DNA of 64,000 bases from Eledone cirrhosa (Eukaryota), in NCBI GenBank assembly GCA_964016885.1, contig OZ024740.1, positions 6,944,001-7,008,000 of the forward strand. The letters run 5' to 3'. Within the stretch, counting starts at the first letter, position 1, and the number at the start of each line of letters is the position of its first letter. The translations under genes and the position numbers were made by a program. Positions 39,501-55,200 of the stretch are shown in pieces. A model generated the notes under the pieces. That model saw only the letters and a list, made by a program, of their open reading frames with translations, searched no databases and was not told where the DNA came from.

Positions 39501-42500
39501 AATGGTTATTTCAATACTCATGAGAATGACATCAATGTAGTATTTAATGGTTATTTCACTACTCATGAGAATGACATGAATGTAGTATTTAATGGTTATT
39601 TCACTACTCATGAGAATGACATCAATGTAGTATTTAATGGTTATTTCACTACTCATGAGAATGACATGAATGTAGTATTTAATGGTTATTTCACTACTCA
39701 TGAGAATGACATCAATGTAGTATTTAATGGTTATTTCAATACTCATGAGAATGACATCAATGTAGTATTTAATGGTTATTTCACTACTCATGAGAATGAC
39801 ATCAATGTAGTATTTAATGGTTATTTCACTACTCATGAGAATGACATCAATGTAGTATTTAATGGTTATTTCACTACTCATGAGAATGACATCAATGTAG
39901 TATTTAATGGTTATTTCACTACTCATGAGAATGACATCAATGTAGTATTTAATGGTTATTTCACTACTCATGAGAATGACATGAATGTAGTATTTAATGG
40001 TTATTTCACTACTCATGAGAATGACATCAATGTAGTATTTAATGGTTATTTCAATACTCATGAGAATGACATCAATGTAGTATTTAATGGTTATTTCAAT
40101 ACTCATGAGAATGACATCAATGTAGTATTTAATGGTTATTTCACTACTCATGAGAATGACATGAATGTAGTATTTAATGGTTATTTCACTACTCATGAGA
40201 ATGACATCAATGTAGTATTTAATGGTTATTTCAATACTCATGAGAATGACATCAATGTAGTATTTAATGGTTATTTCAATACTCATGAGAATGACATCAA
40301 TGTAGTATTTAATGGTTATTTCACTACTCATGAGAATGACATGAATGTAGTATTTAATGGTTATTTCACTACTCATGAGAATGACATCAATGTAGTATTT
40401 AATGGTTATTTCACTACTCATGAGAATGACATCAATGTAGTATTTAATGGTTATTTCACTACTCATGAGAATGACATGAATGTAGTATTTAATGGTTATT
40501 TCACTACTCATGAGAATGACATCAATGTAGTATTTAATGGTTATTTCACTACTCATGAGAATGACATCAATGTAGTATTTAATGGTTATTTCACTACTCA
40601 TGAGAATGACATGAATGTAGTATTTAATGGTTATTTCACTACTCATGAGAATGACATCAATGTAGTATTTAATGGTTATTTCACTACTCATGAGAATGAC
40701 ATGAATGTAGTATTTAATGGTTATTTCACTACTCATGAGAATGACATGAATGTAGTATTTAATGGTTATTTCAATACTCATGAGAATGACATCAATGTAG
40801 TATTTAATGGTTATTTCACTACTCATGAGAATGACATGAATGTAGTATTTAATGGTTATTTCACTACTCATGAGAATGACATGAATGTAGTATTTAATGG
40901 TTATTTCACTACTCATGAGAATGACATCAATGTAGTATTTAATGGTTATTTCACTACTCATGAGAATGACATCAATGTAGTATTTAATGGTTATTTCACT
41001 ACTCATGAGAATGACATCAATGTAGTATTTAATGGTTATTTCACTACTCATGAGAATGACATGAATGTAGTATTTAATGGTTATTTCACTACTCATGAGA
41101 ATGACATCAATGTAGTATTTAATGGTTATTTCAATACTCATGAGAATGACATCAATGTAGTATTTAATGGTTATTTCACTACTCATGAGAATGACATCAA
41201 TGTAGTATTTAATGGTTATTTCAATACTCATGAGAATGACATGAATGTAGTATTTAATGGTTATTTCAATACTCATGAGAATGACATCAATGTAGTATTT
41301 AATGGTTATTTCACTACTCATGAGAATGACATGAATGTAGTATTTAATGGTTATTTCACTACTCATGAGAATGACATGAATGTAGTATTTAATGGTTATT
41401 TCACTACTCATGAGAATGACATCAATGTAGTATTTAATGGTTATTTCACTACTCATGAGAATGACATCAATGTAGTATTTAATGGTTATTTCACTACTCA
41501 TGAGAATGACATCAATGTAGTATTTAATGGTTATTTCAATACTCATGAGAATGACATGAATGTAGTATTTAATGGTTATTTCAATACTCATGAGAATGAC
41601 ATCAATGTAGTATTTAATGGTTATTTCAATACTCATGAGAATGACATGAATGTAGTATTTAATGGTTATTTCACTACTCATGAGAATGACATCAATGTAG
41701 TATTTAATGGTTATTTCAATACTCATGAGAATGACATCAATGTAGTATTTAATGGTTATTTCACTACTCATGAGAATGACATGAATGTAGTATTTAATGG
41801 TTATTTCACTACTCATGAGAATGACATCAATGTAGTATTTAATGGTTATTTCACTACTCATGAGAATGACATCAATGTAGTATTTAATGGTTATTTCAAT
41901 ACTCATGAGAATGACATCAATGTAGTATTTAATGGTTATTTCACTACTCATGAGAATGACATCAATGTAGTATTTAATGGTTATTTCACTACTCATGAGA
42001 ATGACATGAATGTAGTATTTAATGGTTATTTCACTACTCATGAGAATGACATGAATGTAGTATTTAATGGTTATTTCACTACTCATGAGAATGACATGAA
42101 TGTAGTATTTAATGGTTATTTCACTACTCATGAGAATGACATGAATGTAGTATTTAATGGTTATTTCACTACTCATGAGAATGACATGAATGTAGTATTT
42201 AATGGTTATTTCACTACTCATGAGAATGACATGAATGTAGTATTTAATGGTTATTTCACTACTCATGAGAATGACATGAATGTAGTATTTAATGGTTATT
42301 TCACTACTCATGAGAATGACATGAATGTAGTATTTAATGGTTATTTCACTACTCATGAGATTGACATGAATGTAGTATTTAATGGTTATTTCACTACTCA
42401 TGAGAATGACATGAATGTAGTATTTAATGGTTATTTCACTACTCATGAGAATGACATGAATGTAGTATTTAATGGTTATTTCACTACTCATGAGAATGAC

Positions 42501-45500
42501 ATCAATGTAGTATTTAATGGTTATTTCAATACTCATGAGAATGACATCAATGTAGTATTTAATGGTTATTTCACTACTCATGAGAATGACATGAATGTAG
42601 TATTTAATGGTTATTTCACTACTCATGAGAATGACATGAATGTAGTATTTAATGGTTATTTCACTACTCATGAGAATGACATGAATGTAGTATTTAATGG
42701 TTATTTCACTACTCATGAGAATGACATCAATGTAGTATTTAATGGTTATTTCAATACTCATGAGAATGACATCAATGTAGTATTTAATGGTTATTTCAAT
42801 ACTCATGAGAATGACATGAATGTAGTATTTAATGGTTATTTCACTACTCATGAGAATGACATGAATGTAGTATTTAATGGTTATTTCAATACTCATGAGA
42901 ATGACATGAATGTAGTATTTAATGGTTATTTCACTACTCATGAGAATGACATCAATGTAGTATTTAATGGTTATTTCACTACTCATGAGAATGACATCAA
43001 TGTAGTATTTAATGGTTATTTCACTACTCATGAGAATGACATCAATGTAGTATTTAATGGTTATTTCAATACTCATGAGAATGACATGAATGTAGTATTT
43101 AATGGTTATTTCACTACTCATGAGAATGACATGAATGTAGTTATTTAATGGTTATTTCACTACTCATGAGAATGACATCAATGTAGTATTTAATGGTTAT
43201 TTCACTACTCATGAGAATGACATCAATGTAGTATTTAATGGTTATTTCACTACTCATGAGAATGACATCAATGTAGTATTTAATGGTTATTTCAATACTC
43301 ATGAGAATGACATGAATGTAGTATTTAATGGTTATTTCACTACTCATGAGAATGACATCAATGTAGTATTTAATGGTTATTTCACTACTCATGAGAATGA
43401 CATCAATGTAGTATTTAATGGTTATTTCACTACTCATGAGAATGACATCAATGTAGTATTTAATGGTTATTTCACTACTCATGAGAATGACATCAATGTA
43501 GTATTTAATGGTTATTTCACTACTCATGAGAATTGACATCAATGTAGTATTTAATGGTTATTTCACTACTCATGAGATTGACATCAATGTAGTATTTAAT
43601 GGTTATTTCACTACTCATGAGAATGACATCAATGTAGTATTTAATGGTTATTTCACTACTCATGAGAATGACATCAATGTAGTATTTAATGGTTATTTCA
43701 CTACTCATGAGATTGACATCAATGTAGTATTTAATGGTTATTTCACTACTCATGAGAATGACATCAATGTAGTATTTAATGGTTATTTCACTACTCATGA
43801 GATTGACATCAATGTAGTATTTAATGGTTATTTCACTACTCATGAGAATGACATCAATGTAGTATTTAATGGTTATTTCACTACTCATGAGATTGACATC
43901 AATGTAGTATTTAATGGTTATTTCACTACTCATGAGATTGACATCAATGTAGTATTTAATGGTTATTTCACTACTCATGAGAATGACATCAATGTAGTAT
44001 TTAATGGTTATTTCACTACTCATGAGAATGACATCAATGTAGTATTTAATGGTTATTTCACTACTCATGAGATTGACATCAATGTAGTATTTAATGGTTA
44101 TTTCAATACTCATGAGAATGACATGAATGTAGTATTTAATGGTTATTTCACTACTCATGAGAATGACATCAATGTAGTATTTAATGGTTATTTCACTACT
44201 CATGAGATTGACATCAATGTAGTATTTAATGGTTATTTCACTACTCATGAGAATGACATCAATGTAGTATTTAATGGTTATTTCACTACTCATGAGAATG
44301 ACATCAATGTAGTATTTAATGGTTATTTCACTACTCATGAGATTGACATCAATGTAGTATTTAATGGTTATTTCACTACTCATGAGAATGACATCAATGT
44401 AGTATTTAATGGTTATTTCACTACTCATGAGAATGACATCAATGTAGTATTTAATGGTTATTTCACTACTCATGAGAATGACATCAATGTAGTATTTAAT
44501 GGTTATTTCAATACTCATGAGAATGACATGAATGTAGTATTTAATGGTTATTTCACTACTCATGAGAATGACATCAATGTAGTATTTAATGGTTATTTCA
44601 CTACTCATGAGATTGACATCAATGTAGTATTTAATGGTTATTTCAATACTCATGAGAATGACATGAATGTAGTATTTAATGGTTATTTCACTACTCATGA
44701 GAATGACATCAATGTAGTATTTAATGGTTATTTCACTACTCATGAGATTGACATCAATGTAGTATTTAATGGTTATTTCACTACTCATGAGAATGACATC
44801 AATGTAGTATTTAATGGTTATTTCACTACTCATGAGAATGACATCAATGTAGTATTTAATGGTTATTTCACTACTCATGAGAATGACATCAATGTAGTAT
44901 TTAATGGTTATTTCAATACTCATGAGAATGACATGAATGTAGTATTTAATGGTTATTTCACTACTCATGAGAATGACATCAATGTAGTATTTAATGGTTA
45001 TTTCACTACTCATGAGATTGACATCAATGTAGTATTTAATGGTTATTTCAATACTCATGAGAATGACATGAATGTAGTATTTAATGGTTATTTCACTACT
45101 CATGAGAATGACATCAATGTAGTATTTAATGGTTATTTCACTACTCATGAGAATGACATCAATGTAGTATTTAATGGTTATTTCACTACTCATGAGATTG
45201 ACATCAATGTAGTATTTAATGGTTATTTCACTACTCATGAGAATGACATCAATGTAGTATTTAATGGTTATTTCAATACTCATGAGAATGACATCAATGT
45301 AGTATTTAATGGTTATTTCACTACTCATGAGAATGACATCAATGTAGTATTTAATGGTTATTTCACTACTCATGAGATTGACATCAATGTAGTATTTAAT
45401 GGTTATTTCACTACTCATGAGAATGACATCAATGTAGTATTTAATGGTTATTTCAATACTCATGAGAATGACATCAATGTAGTATTTAATGGTTATTTCA

Positions 45501-48500
45501 CTACTCATGAGAATGACATCAATGTAGTATTTAATGGTTATTTCACTACTCATGAGATTGACATCAATGTAGTATTTAATGGTTATTTCACTACTCATGA
45601 GAATGACATCAATGTAGTATTTAATGGTTATTTCAATACTCATGAGAATGACATCAATGTAGTATTTAATGGTTATTTCACTACTCATGAGAATGACATC
45701 AATGTAGTATTTAATGGTTATTTCACTACTCATGAGATTGACATCAATGTAGTATTTAATGGTTATTTCACTACTCATGAGAATGACATCAATGTAGTAT
45801 TTAATGGTTATTTCAATACTCATGAGAATGACATCAATGTAGTATTTAATGGTTATTTCACTACTCATGAGAATGACATCAATGTAGTCTACATGGTATT
45901 TCATTCTCATGAGTATTGAAATAACCATTAAATACTACATGGTATGTCATTCTCATGAGAATGAAATAACCATGTAAATACTACATTGATGTCAATCTCA
46001 TGAGTATTGAAATAACCATGTAAATACTACATTGATGTCATTCTCATGAGTATTGAAATAACCATTAAATACTACATTGTATGTCATTCTCATGAGTATG
46101 AAATAACCATGTAAATACTACATTGATGTCATTCTCATGAGTATTGAAATAACCATGTAGAATACTACATTGATTTCATTCTCATGAGTAGTGAAATACC
46201 ATGTAGAATACTACATTGGTATGTCATTCTCATGAGAATGACATCAATGTAGTATTTAATGGTTATTTCAATACTCATGAGAATGACATCAATGTAGTAT
46301 TTAATGGTTATTTCAATACTCATGAGAATGACATCAATGTAGTATTTAATGGTTATTTCACTACTCATGAGAATGACATCAATGTAGTATTTAATGGTTA
46401 TTTCACTACTCATGAGAATGACATCAATGTAGTATTTAATGGTTATTTCAATACTCATGAGAATGACATCAATGTAGTATTTAATGGTTATTTCACTACT
46501 CATGAGAATGACATCAATGTAGTATTTAATGGTTATTTCACTACTCATGAGAATGACATCAATGTAGTATTTAATGGTTATTTCAATACTCATGAGATTG
46601 ACATCAATGTAGTATTTAATGGTTATTTCACTACTCATGAGAATGACATCAATGTAGTATTTAATGGTTATTTCAATACTCATGAGAATGACATCAATGT
46701 AGTATTTAATGGTTATTTCACTACTCATGAGATTGACATCAATGTAGTATTTAATGGTTATTTCAATACTCATGAGAATGACATCAATGTAGTATTTAAT
46801 GGTTATTTCAATACTCATGAGAATGACATCAATGTAGTATTTAATGGTTATTTCAATACTCATGAGAATGACATCAATGTAGTATTTAATGGTTATTTCA
46901 CTACTCATGAGATTGACATCAATGTAGTATTTAATGGTTATTTCAATACTCATGAGAATGACATCAATGTAGTATTTAATGGTTATTTCAATACTCATGA
47001 GAATGACATCAATGTAGTATTTAATGGTTATTTCAATACTCATGAGAATGACATCAATGTAGTATTTAATGGTTATTTCAATCTCATGAGTATTGAAATA
47101 ACCATTAAATACTACATTGATGTCATTCTCATGAGTATTGAAATAACCATTAAATACTACATTGATGTCATTCTCATGAGTATTGAAATAACCATTAAAT
47201 ACTACATTGATGTCATTCTCATGAGTATTGAAATAACCATTAAATACTACATTGATGTCAATCTCATGAGTAGTGAAATAACCATTAAATACTACATTGA
47301 TGTCATTCTCATGAGTATTGAAATAACCATTAAATACTACATTGATGTCATTCTCATGAGTATTGAAATAACCATTAAATACTACATTGATGTCATTCTC
47401 ATGAGTATTGAAATAACCATTAAATACTACATTGATGTCAATCTCATGAGTAGTGAAATAACCATTAAATACTACATTGATGTCATTCTCATGAGTATTG
47501 AAATAACCATTAAATACTACATTGATGTCATTCTCATGAGTAGTGAAATAACCATTAAATACTACATTGATGTCAATCTCATGAGTATTGAAATAACCAT
47601 TAAATACTACATTGATGTCATTCTCATGAGTAGTGAAATAACCATTAAATACTACATTGATGTCATTCTCATGAGTAGTGAAATAACCATTAAATACTAC
47701 ATTGATGTCATTCTCATGAGTATTGAAATAACCATTAAATACTACATTGATGTCATTCTCATGAGTAGTGAAATAACCATTAAATACTACATTGATGTCA
47801 TTCTCATGAGTAGTGAAATAACCATTAAATACTACATTGATGTCATTCTCATGAGTATTGAAATAACCATTAAATACTACATTGATGTCATTCTCATGAG
47901 TATTGAAATAACCATTAAATACTACATTGATGTCATTCTCATGAGAATGACATCAATGTAGTATTTAATGGTTATTTCACTACTCATGAGAATGACATCA
48001 ATGTAGTATTTAATGGTTATTTCAATACTCATGAGAATGACATCAATGTAGTATTTAATGGTTATTTCACTACTCATGAGAATGACATCAATGTAGTATT
48101 TAATGGTTATTTCACTACTCATGAGATTGACATCAATGTAGTATTTAATGGTTATTTCAATACTCATGAGAATGACATCAATGTAGTATTTAATGGTTAT
48201 TTCACTACTCATGAGAATGACATCAATGTAGTATTTAATGGTTATTTCAATACTCATGAGAATGACATCAATGTAGTATTTAATGGTTATTTCACTACTC
48301 ATGAGATTGACATCAATGTAGTATTTAATGGTTATTTCAATACTCATGAGAATGACATCAATGTAGTATTTAATGGTTATTTCAATACTCATGAGAATGA
48401 CATCAATGTAGTATTTAATGGTTATTTCAATACTCATGAGAATTGACATCAATGTAGTATTTAATGGTTATTTCACTACTCATGAGATTGACATCAATGT

Positions 48501-49001
48501 AGTATTTAATGGTTATTTCACTACTCATGAGAATGACATCAATGTAGTATTTAATGGTTATTTCACTACTCATGAGAATGACATCAATGTAGTATTTAAT
48601 GGTTATTTCACTACTCATGAGATTGACATCAATGTAGTATTTAATGGTTATTTCACTACTCATGAGAATGACATCAATGTAGTATTTAATGGTTATTTCA
48701 CTACTCATGAGAATGACATCAATGTAGTATTTAATGGTTATTTCACTACTCATGAGAATGACATCAATGTAGTATTTAATGGTTATTTCACTACTCATGA
48801 GAATGACATCAATGTAGTATTTAATGGTTATTTCACTACTCATGAGAATGACATACAATGTAGTATTTAGATGGTTATTTCACTACTCATGAGAATGACA
48901 TCAAGGTTTGTAGTATTTAATGGTTTATTTCACTACTCATGAGAATTACATCAATGTAGTATTTAATGGTTATTTCACTACTCATGAGAATGACATTGAG
49001 A
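30497..49001. repeat. Satellite B, 45-bp unit (ATTTAATGGTTATTTCACTACTCATGAGAATGACATCAATGTAGT), ~410 copies, highly homogeneous, with internal inversions
   Basis: Read directly; inverted segments at about 45890-46232 and 47087-47941. Confidence 0.98.
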
Positions 49002-49201
49002 NNNNNNNNNNNNNNNNNNNNNNNNNNNNNNNNNNNNNNNNNNNNNNNNNNNNNNNNNNNNNNNNNNNNNNNNNNNNNNNNNNNNNNNNNNNNNNNNNNN
49101 NNNNNNNNNNNNNNNNNNNNNNNNNNNNNNNNNNNNNNNNNNNNNNNNNNNNNNNNNNNNNNNNNNNNNNNNNNNNNNNNNNNNNNNNNNNNNNNNNNNN
49201 N
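49002..49201. other. Assembly gap (200 N)
   Basis: Run of N. The adjacency of satellites B and C is therefore not sequence-supported. Confidence 0.99.
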
Positions 49202-52200
49202 CTGGTATAATACATTAGACACTATCATCCAATATCGGACCTGCCAACCTCTGGTGTAATACATTAGACACTATCATCCAATATCGGACCTGCCAACCTC
49301 TGGTGTAATACATTAGACACTATCATCCAATATCGGACCTGCCAACCTCTGGTATACTACATTAGACACTATCATCCAATATCGGACCTGCCAACCTCTG
49401 GTGTAATACATTAGACACTATCATCCAATATCGGACCTGCCAACCTCTGGTGTAATACATTAGACACTATCATCCAATATCGGACCTGCCAACCTCTGGT
49501 ATACTACATTAGACACTATCATCCAATATCGGACCTGCCAACCTCTGGTGTAATACATTAGACACTATCATCCAATATCGGACCTGCCAACCTCTGGTGT
49601 AATACATTAGACACTATCATCCAATATCGGACCTGCCAACCTCTGGTGTAATACATTAGACACTATCATCCAATATCGGACCTGCCAACCTCTGGTATAC
49701 TACATTAGACACTATCATCCAATATCGGACCTGCCAACCTCTGGTATACTACATTAGACACTATCATCCAATATCGGACCTGCCAACCTCTGGTATACTA
49801 CATTAGACACTATCATCCAATATCGGACCTGCCAACCTCTGGTGTAATACATTAGACACTATCATCCAATATCGGACCTGCCAACCTCTGGTATACTACA
49901 TTAGACACTATCATCCAATATCGGACCTGCCAACCTCTGGTATACTACATTAGACACTATCATCCAATATCGGACCTGCCAACCTCTGGTATACTACATT
50001 AGACACTATCATCCAATATCGGACCTGCCAACCTCTGGTGTAATACATTAGACACTATCATCCAATATCGGACCTGCCAACCTCTGGTGTAATACATTAG
50101 ACACTATCATCCAATATCGGACCTGCCAACCTCTGGTGTAATACATTAGACACTATCATCCAATATCGGACCTGCCAACGTCTGGTATACTACATTAGAC
50201 ACTATCATCCAATATCGGACCTGCCAACCTCTGGTATACTACAATAGACACTATCATCCAATATCGGACCTGCCAACCTCTGGTATACTACATTAGACAC
50301 TATCATCCAATATCGGACCTGCCAACCTCTGGTATACTACATTAGACACTATCATCCAATATCGGACCTGCCAACCTCTGGTATACTACATTAGACACTA
50401 TCATCCAATATCGGACCTGCCAACCTCTGGTGTAATACATTAGACACTATCATCCAATATCGGATCTGCCAACCTCTGGTATACTACATTAGACACTATC
50501 ATCCAATATCGGACCTGCCAACCTCTGGTGTAATACATTAGACACTATCATCCAATATCGGACCTGCCAACCTCTGGTATACTACATTAGACACTATCAT
50601 CCAATATCGGACCTGCCAACCTCTGGTATACTACATTAGACACTATCATCCAATATCGGACCTGCCAACCTCTGGTATACTACACTAGACACTATCATGC
50701 AATATCGGACCTGCCAACCTCTGGTGTAATACATTAGACACTATCATCCAATATCGGACCTGCCAACCTCTGGTATACTACATTAGACACTATCATCCAA
50801 TATCGGACCTGCCAACCTCTGGTATACTACATTAGACACTATCATCCAATATCGGACCTGCCAACCTCTGGTATACTACATTAGACACTATCATCCAATA
50901 TCGGACCTGCCAACCTCTGGTATAATACATTAGACACTATCATCCAATATCGGACCTGCCAACCTCTGGTATACTACATTAGACACTATCATCCAATATC
51001 GGACCTGTCAACCTCTGCTATACTACATTAGACACTATCATCCAATATCGGACCTGCCAACCTCTGGTGTAATACATTAGACACTATCATCCAATATCGG
51101 ACCTGCCAACCTCTGGTGTAATACATTAGACACTATCATCCAATATCGGACCTGCCAACCTCTGGTATACTACATTAGACACTATCATCCAATATCGGAC
51201 CTGCCAACCTCTGGTATACTACATTAGACACTATCATCCAATATCGGACCTGCCAACCTCTGGTATACTACATTAGACACTATCATCCAATATCGGACCT
51301 GCCAACCTCTGGTATAATACATTAGACACTATCATCCAATATCGGACCTGCCAACCTCTGGTATACTACATTAGACACTATCATCCAATATCGGACCTGT
51401 CAACCTCTGCTATACTACATTAGACACTATCATCCAATATCGGACCTGCCAACCTCTGGTGTAATACATTAGACACTATCATCCAATATCGGACCTGCCA
51501 ACCTCTGGTGTAATACATTAGACACTATCATCCAATATCGGACCTGCCAACCTCTGGTGTAATACATTAGACACTATCATCCAATATCGGACCTGCCAAC
51601 CTCTGGTGTAATACATTAGACACTATCATCCAATATCGGACCTGCCAACCTCTGGTATACTACATTAGACACTATCATCCAATATCGGACCTGCCAACCT
51701 CTGGTGTAATACATTAGACACTATCATCCAATATCGGACCTGCCAACCTCTGGTGTAATACAATAGACACTATCATCCAATATCGGACCTGCCAACCTCT
51801 GGTATACTACATTAGACACTATCATCCAATATCGGACCTGCCAACCTCTGGTATACTACATTAGACACTATCATCCAATATCGGACCTGCCAACCTCTGG
51901 TATACTACATTAGACACTATCATCCAATATCGGACCTGCCAACCTCTGGTATACTACATTAGACACTATCATCCAATATCGGACCTGCCAACCTCTGGTG
52001 AAATACATTAGACACTATCATCCAATATCGGACCTGCCAACCTCTGGTATACTACATTAGACACTATCATCCAATATCGGACCTGCCAACCTCTGGTGTA
52101 ATACATTAGACACTATCATCCAATATCGGACCTGCCAACCTCTGGTGTAATACATTAGACACTATCATCCAATATCGGACTTGCCAACCTCTGGTGTAAT

Positions 52201-55200
52201 ACATTAGACACTATCATCCAATATCGGACCTGTCAACCTCTGGTATACTACATTAGACACTATCATCCAATATCGGACCTGCCAACCTCTGGTGTAATAC
52301 ATTAGACACTATCATCCAATATCGGACCTGCCAACCTCTGGTATACTACATTAGACACTATCATCCAATATCGGACCTGCCAACCTCTGGTATACTACAA
52401 TAGACACTATCATCCAATATCGGACCTGCCAACCTCTGGTGTAATACATTAGACACTATCATCCAATATCGGACCTGCCAACCTCTGGTGTAATACATTA
52501 GACACTATCATCCAATATCGGACCTGCCAACCTCTGGTGTAATACATTAGACACTATCATCCAATATCGGACCTGCCAACCTCTGGTATACTACATTAGA
52601 CACTATCATCCAATATCGGACCTGCCAAGCTCTGGTGTAATACATTAGACACTATCATCCAATATCGGACCTGCCAACCTCTGGTATAATACATTAGACA
52701 CTATCATCCAATATCGGACCTGCCAACCTCTGGTGTAATACATTAGACACTATCATCCAATATCGGACTTGCCAACCTCTGGTGTAATACATTAGACACT
52801 ATCATCCAATATCGGACTTGCCAACCTCTGGTGTAATACATTAGACACTATCATCCAATATCGGACCTGCCAACCTCTGGTATACTACATTAGACACTAT
52901 CATCCAATATCGGACCTGCCAACCTCTGGTGTAATACATTAGACACTATCATCCAATATCGGACCTGCCAACCTCTGGTGTAATACATTAGACACTATCA
53001 TCCAATATCGGACCTGCCAACCTCTGGTATACTACATTAGACACTATCATCCAATATCGTACCTGCCAACCTCTGGTATACTACATTAGACACTATCATC
53101 CAATATCGGACCTGCCAACCTCTGGTGTAATACATTAGACACTATCATCCAATATCGGACCTGCCAACCTCTGGTGTAATACATTAGACACTATCATCCA
53201 ATATCGGACCTGCCAACCTCTGGTATACTACATTAGACACTATCATCCAATATCGGACCTGTCAACCTCTGGTGTAATACATTAGACACTATCATCCAAT
53301 ATCGGACCTGCCAACCTCTGGTATACTACATTAGACACTATCATCCAATATCGGACCTGCCAACCTCTGGTGTAATACATTAGACACTATCATCCAATAT
53401 CGGACCTGCCAACCTCTGGTGTAATACATTAGACACTATCATCCAATATCGGACCTGCCAACCTCTGGTGTAATACATTAGACACTATCATCCAATATCG
53501 GACCTGTCAACCTCTGCTATACTACATTAGACACTATCATCCAATATCGGACCTGCCAACCTCTGGTATACTACATTAGACACTATCATCCAATATCGGA
53601 CCTGCCAACCTCTGGTGTAATACATTAGACACTATCATCCAATATCGGACCTGCCAACCTCTGGTGTAATACATTAGACACTATCATCCAATATCGGACC
53701 TGCCAACCTCTGGTGTAATACATTAGACACTATCAACCAATATCGTACCTGCCAACCTCTGGTATACTACATTAGACACTATCATCCAATATCGGACCTG
53801 CGAACCTCTGGTATAATACATTAGACACTATCATCCAATATCGGACCTGCCAACCTCTGGTATACTACATTAGACACTATCATCCAATATCGGACCTGCC
53901 AACCTCTGGTATAATACATTAGACACTATCATCCAATATCGGACTTGCCAACCTCTGTTATACTACATTAGACACTATCATCCAATATCGGACCTGCCAA
54001 CCTCTGGTGTAATACATTAGACACTATCATCCAATATCGGACCTGCCAACCTCTGGTATAATACATTAGACACTATCATCCAATATCGGACCTGCCAACC
54101 TCTGGTATACTACATTAGACACTATCATCCAATATCGGACCTGCCAACCTCTGGTGAAATACATTAGACACTATCATCCAATATCGGACCTGCCAACCTC
54201 TGGTATACTACATTAGACACTATCATCCAATATCGGACCTGCCAACCTCTGGTGTAATACATTAGACACTATCATCCAATATCGGACCTGCCAACCTCTG
54301 GTGTAATACATTAGACACTATCATCCAATATCGGACTTGCCAACCTCTGGTGTAATACATTAGACACTATCATCCAATATCGGACCTGCCAACCTCTGGT
54401 ATACTACATTAGACACTATCATCCAATATCGGACCTGCCAAGCTCTGGTGTAATACATTAGACACTATCATCCAATATCGGACCTGCCAACCTCTGGTAT
54501 AATACATTAGACACTATCATCCAATATCGGACCTGCCAACCTCTGGTGTAATACATTAGACACTATCATCCAATATCGGACTTGCCAACCTCTGGTGTAA
54601 TACATTAGACACGATCATCCAATATCGGACCTGCCAACCTCTGGTATACTACATTAGACACTATCATCCAATATCGGACTTGCCAACCTCTGGTGTAATA
54701 CATTAGACACTATCATCCAATATCGGACTTGCCAACCTCTGGTGTAATACATTAGACACTATCATCCAATATCGGACCTGCCAACCTCTGGTATACTACA
54801 TTAGACACTATCATCCAATATCGGACCTGCCAACCTCTGGTGTAATACATTAGACACTATCATCCAATATCGGACCTGCCAACCTCTGGTATACTACATT
54901 AGACACTATCATCCAATATCGGACCTGCCAACCTCTGGTATACTACATTAGACACTATCATCCAATATCGGACCTGCCAACCTCTGGTATAATACATTAG
55001 ACACTATCATCCAATATCGGACCTGCCAACCTCTGGTATACTACATTAGACACTATCATCCAATATCGGACCTGTCAACCTCTGCTATACTACATTAGAC
55101 ACTATCATCCAATATCGGACCTGCCAACCTCTGGTGTAATACATTAGACACTATCATCCAATATCGGACCTGCCAACCTCTGGTGTAATACATTAGACAC

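Noticed and set aside
30350-48870. Giant ORFs (up to 2655 aa) on both strands of satellite B
   Set aside because: The 45-bp unit is a multiple of 3 and stop-free by chance. Both strands are open, frames break at single-base indels, and variants show no synonymous bias.
1-49001. Common origin of the two 45-bp satellites
   Set aside because: Only short words (TACTCA, GACAT) are shared and they are not collinear; the equal length is probably coincidence.
48850-49210. Direct junction between satellites B and C, and divergent terminal units
   Set aside because: They are separated by an N gap, and the indel-rich end units look like low-coverage contig-end errors.
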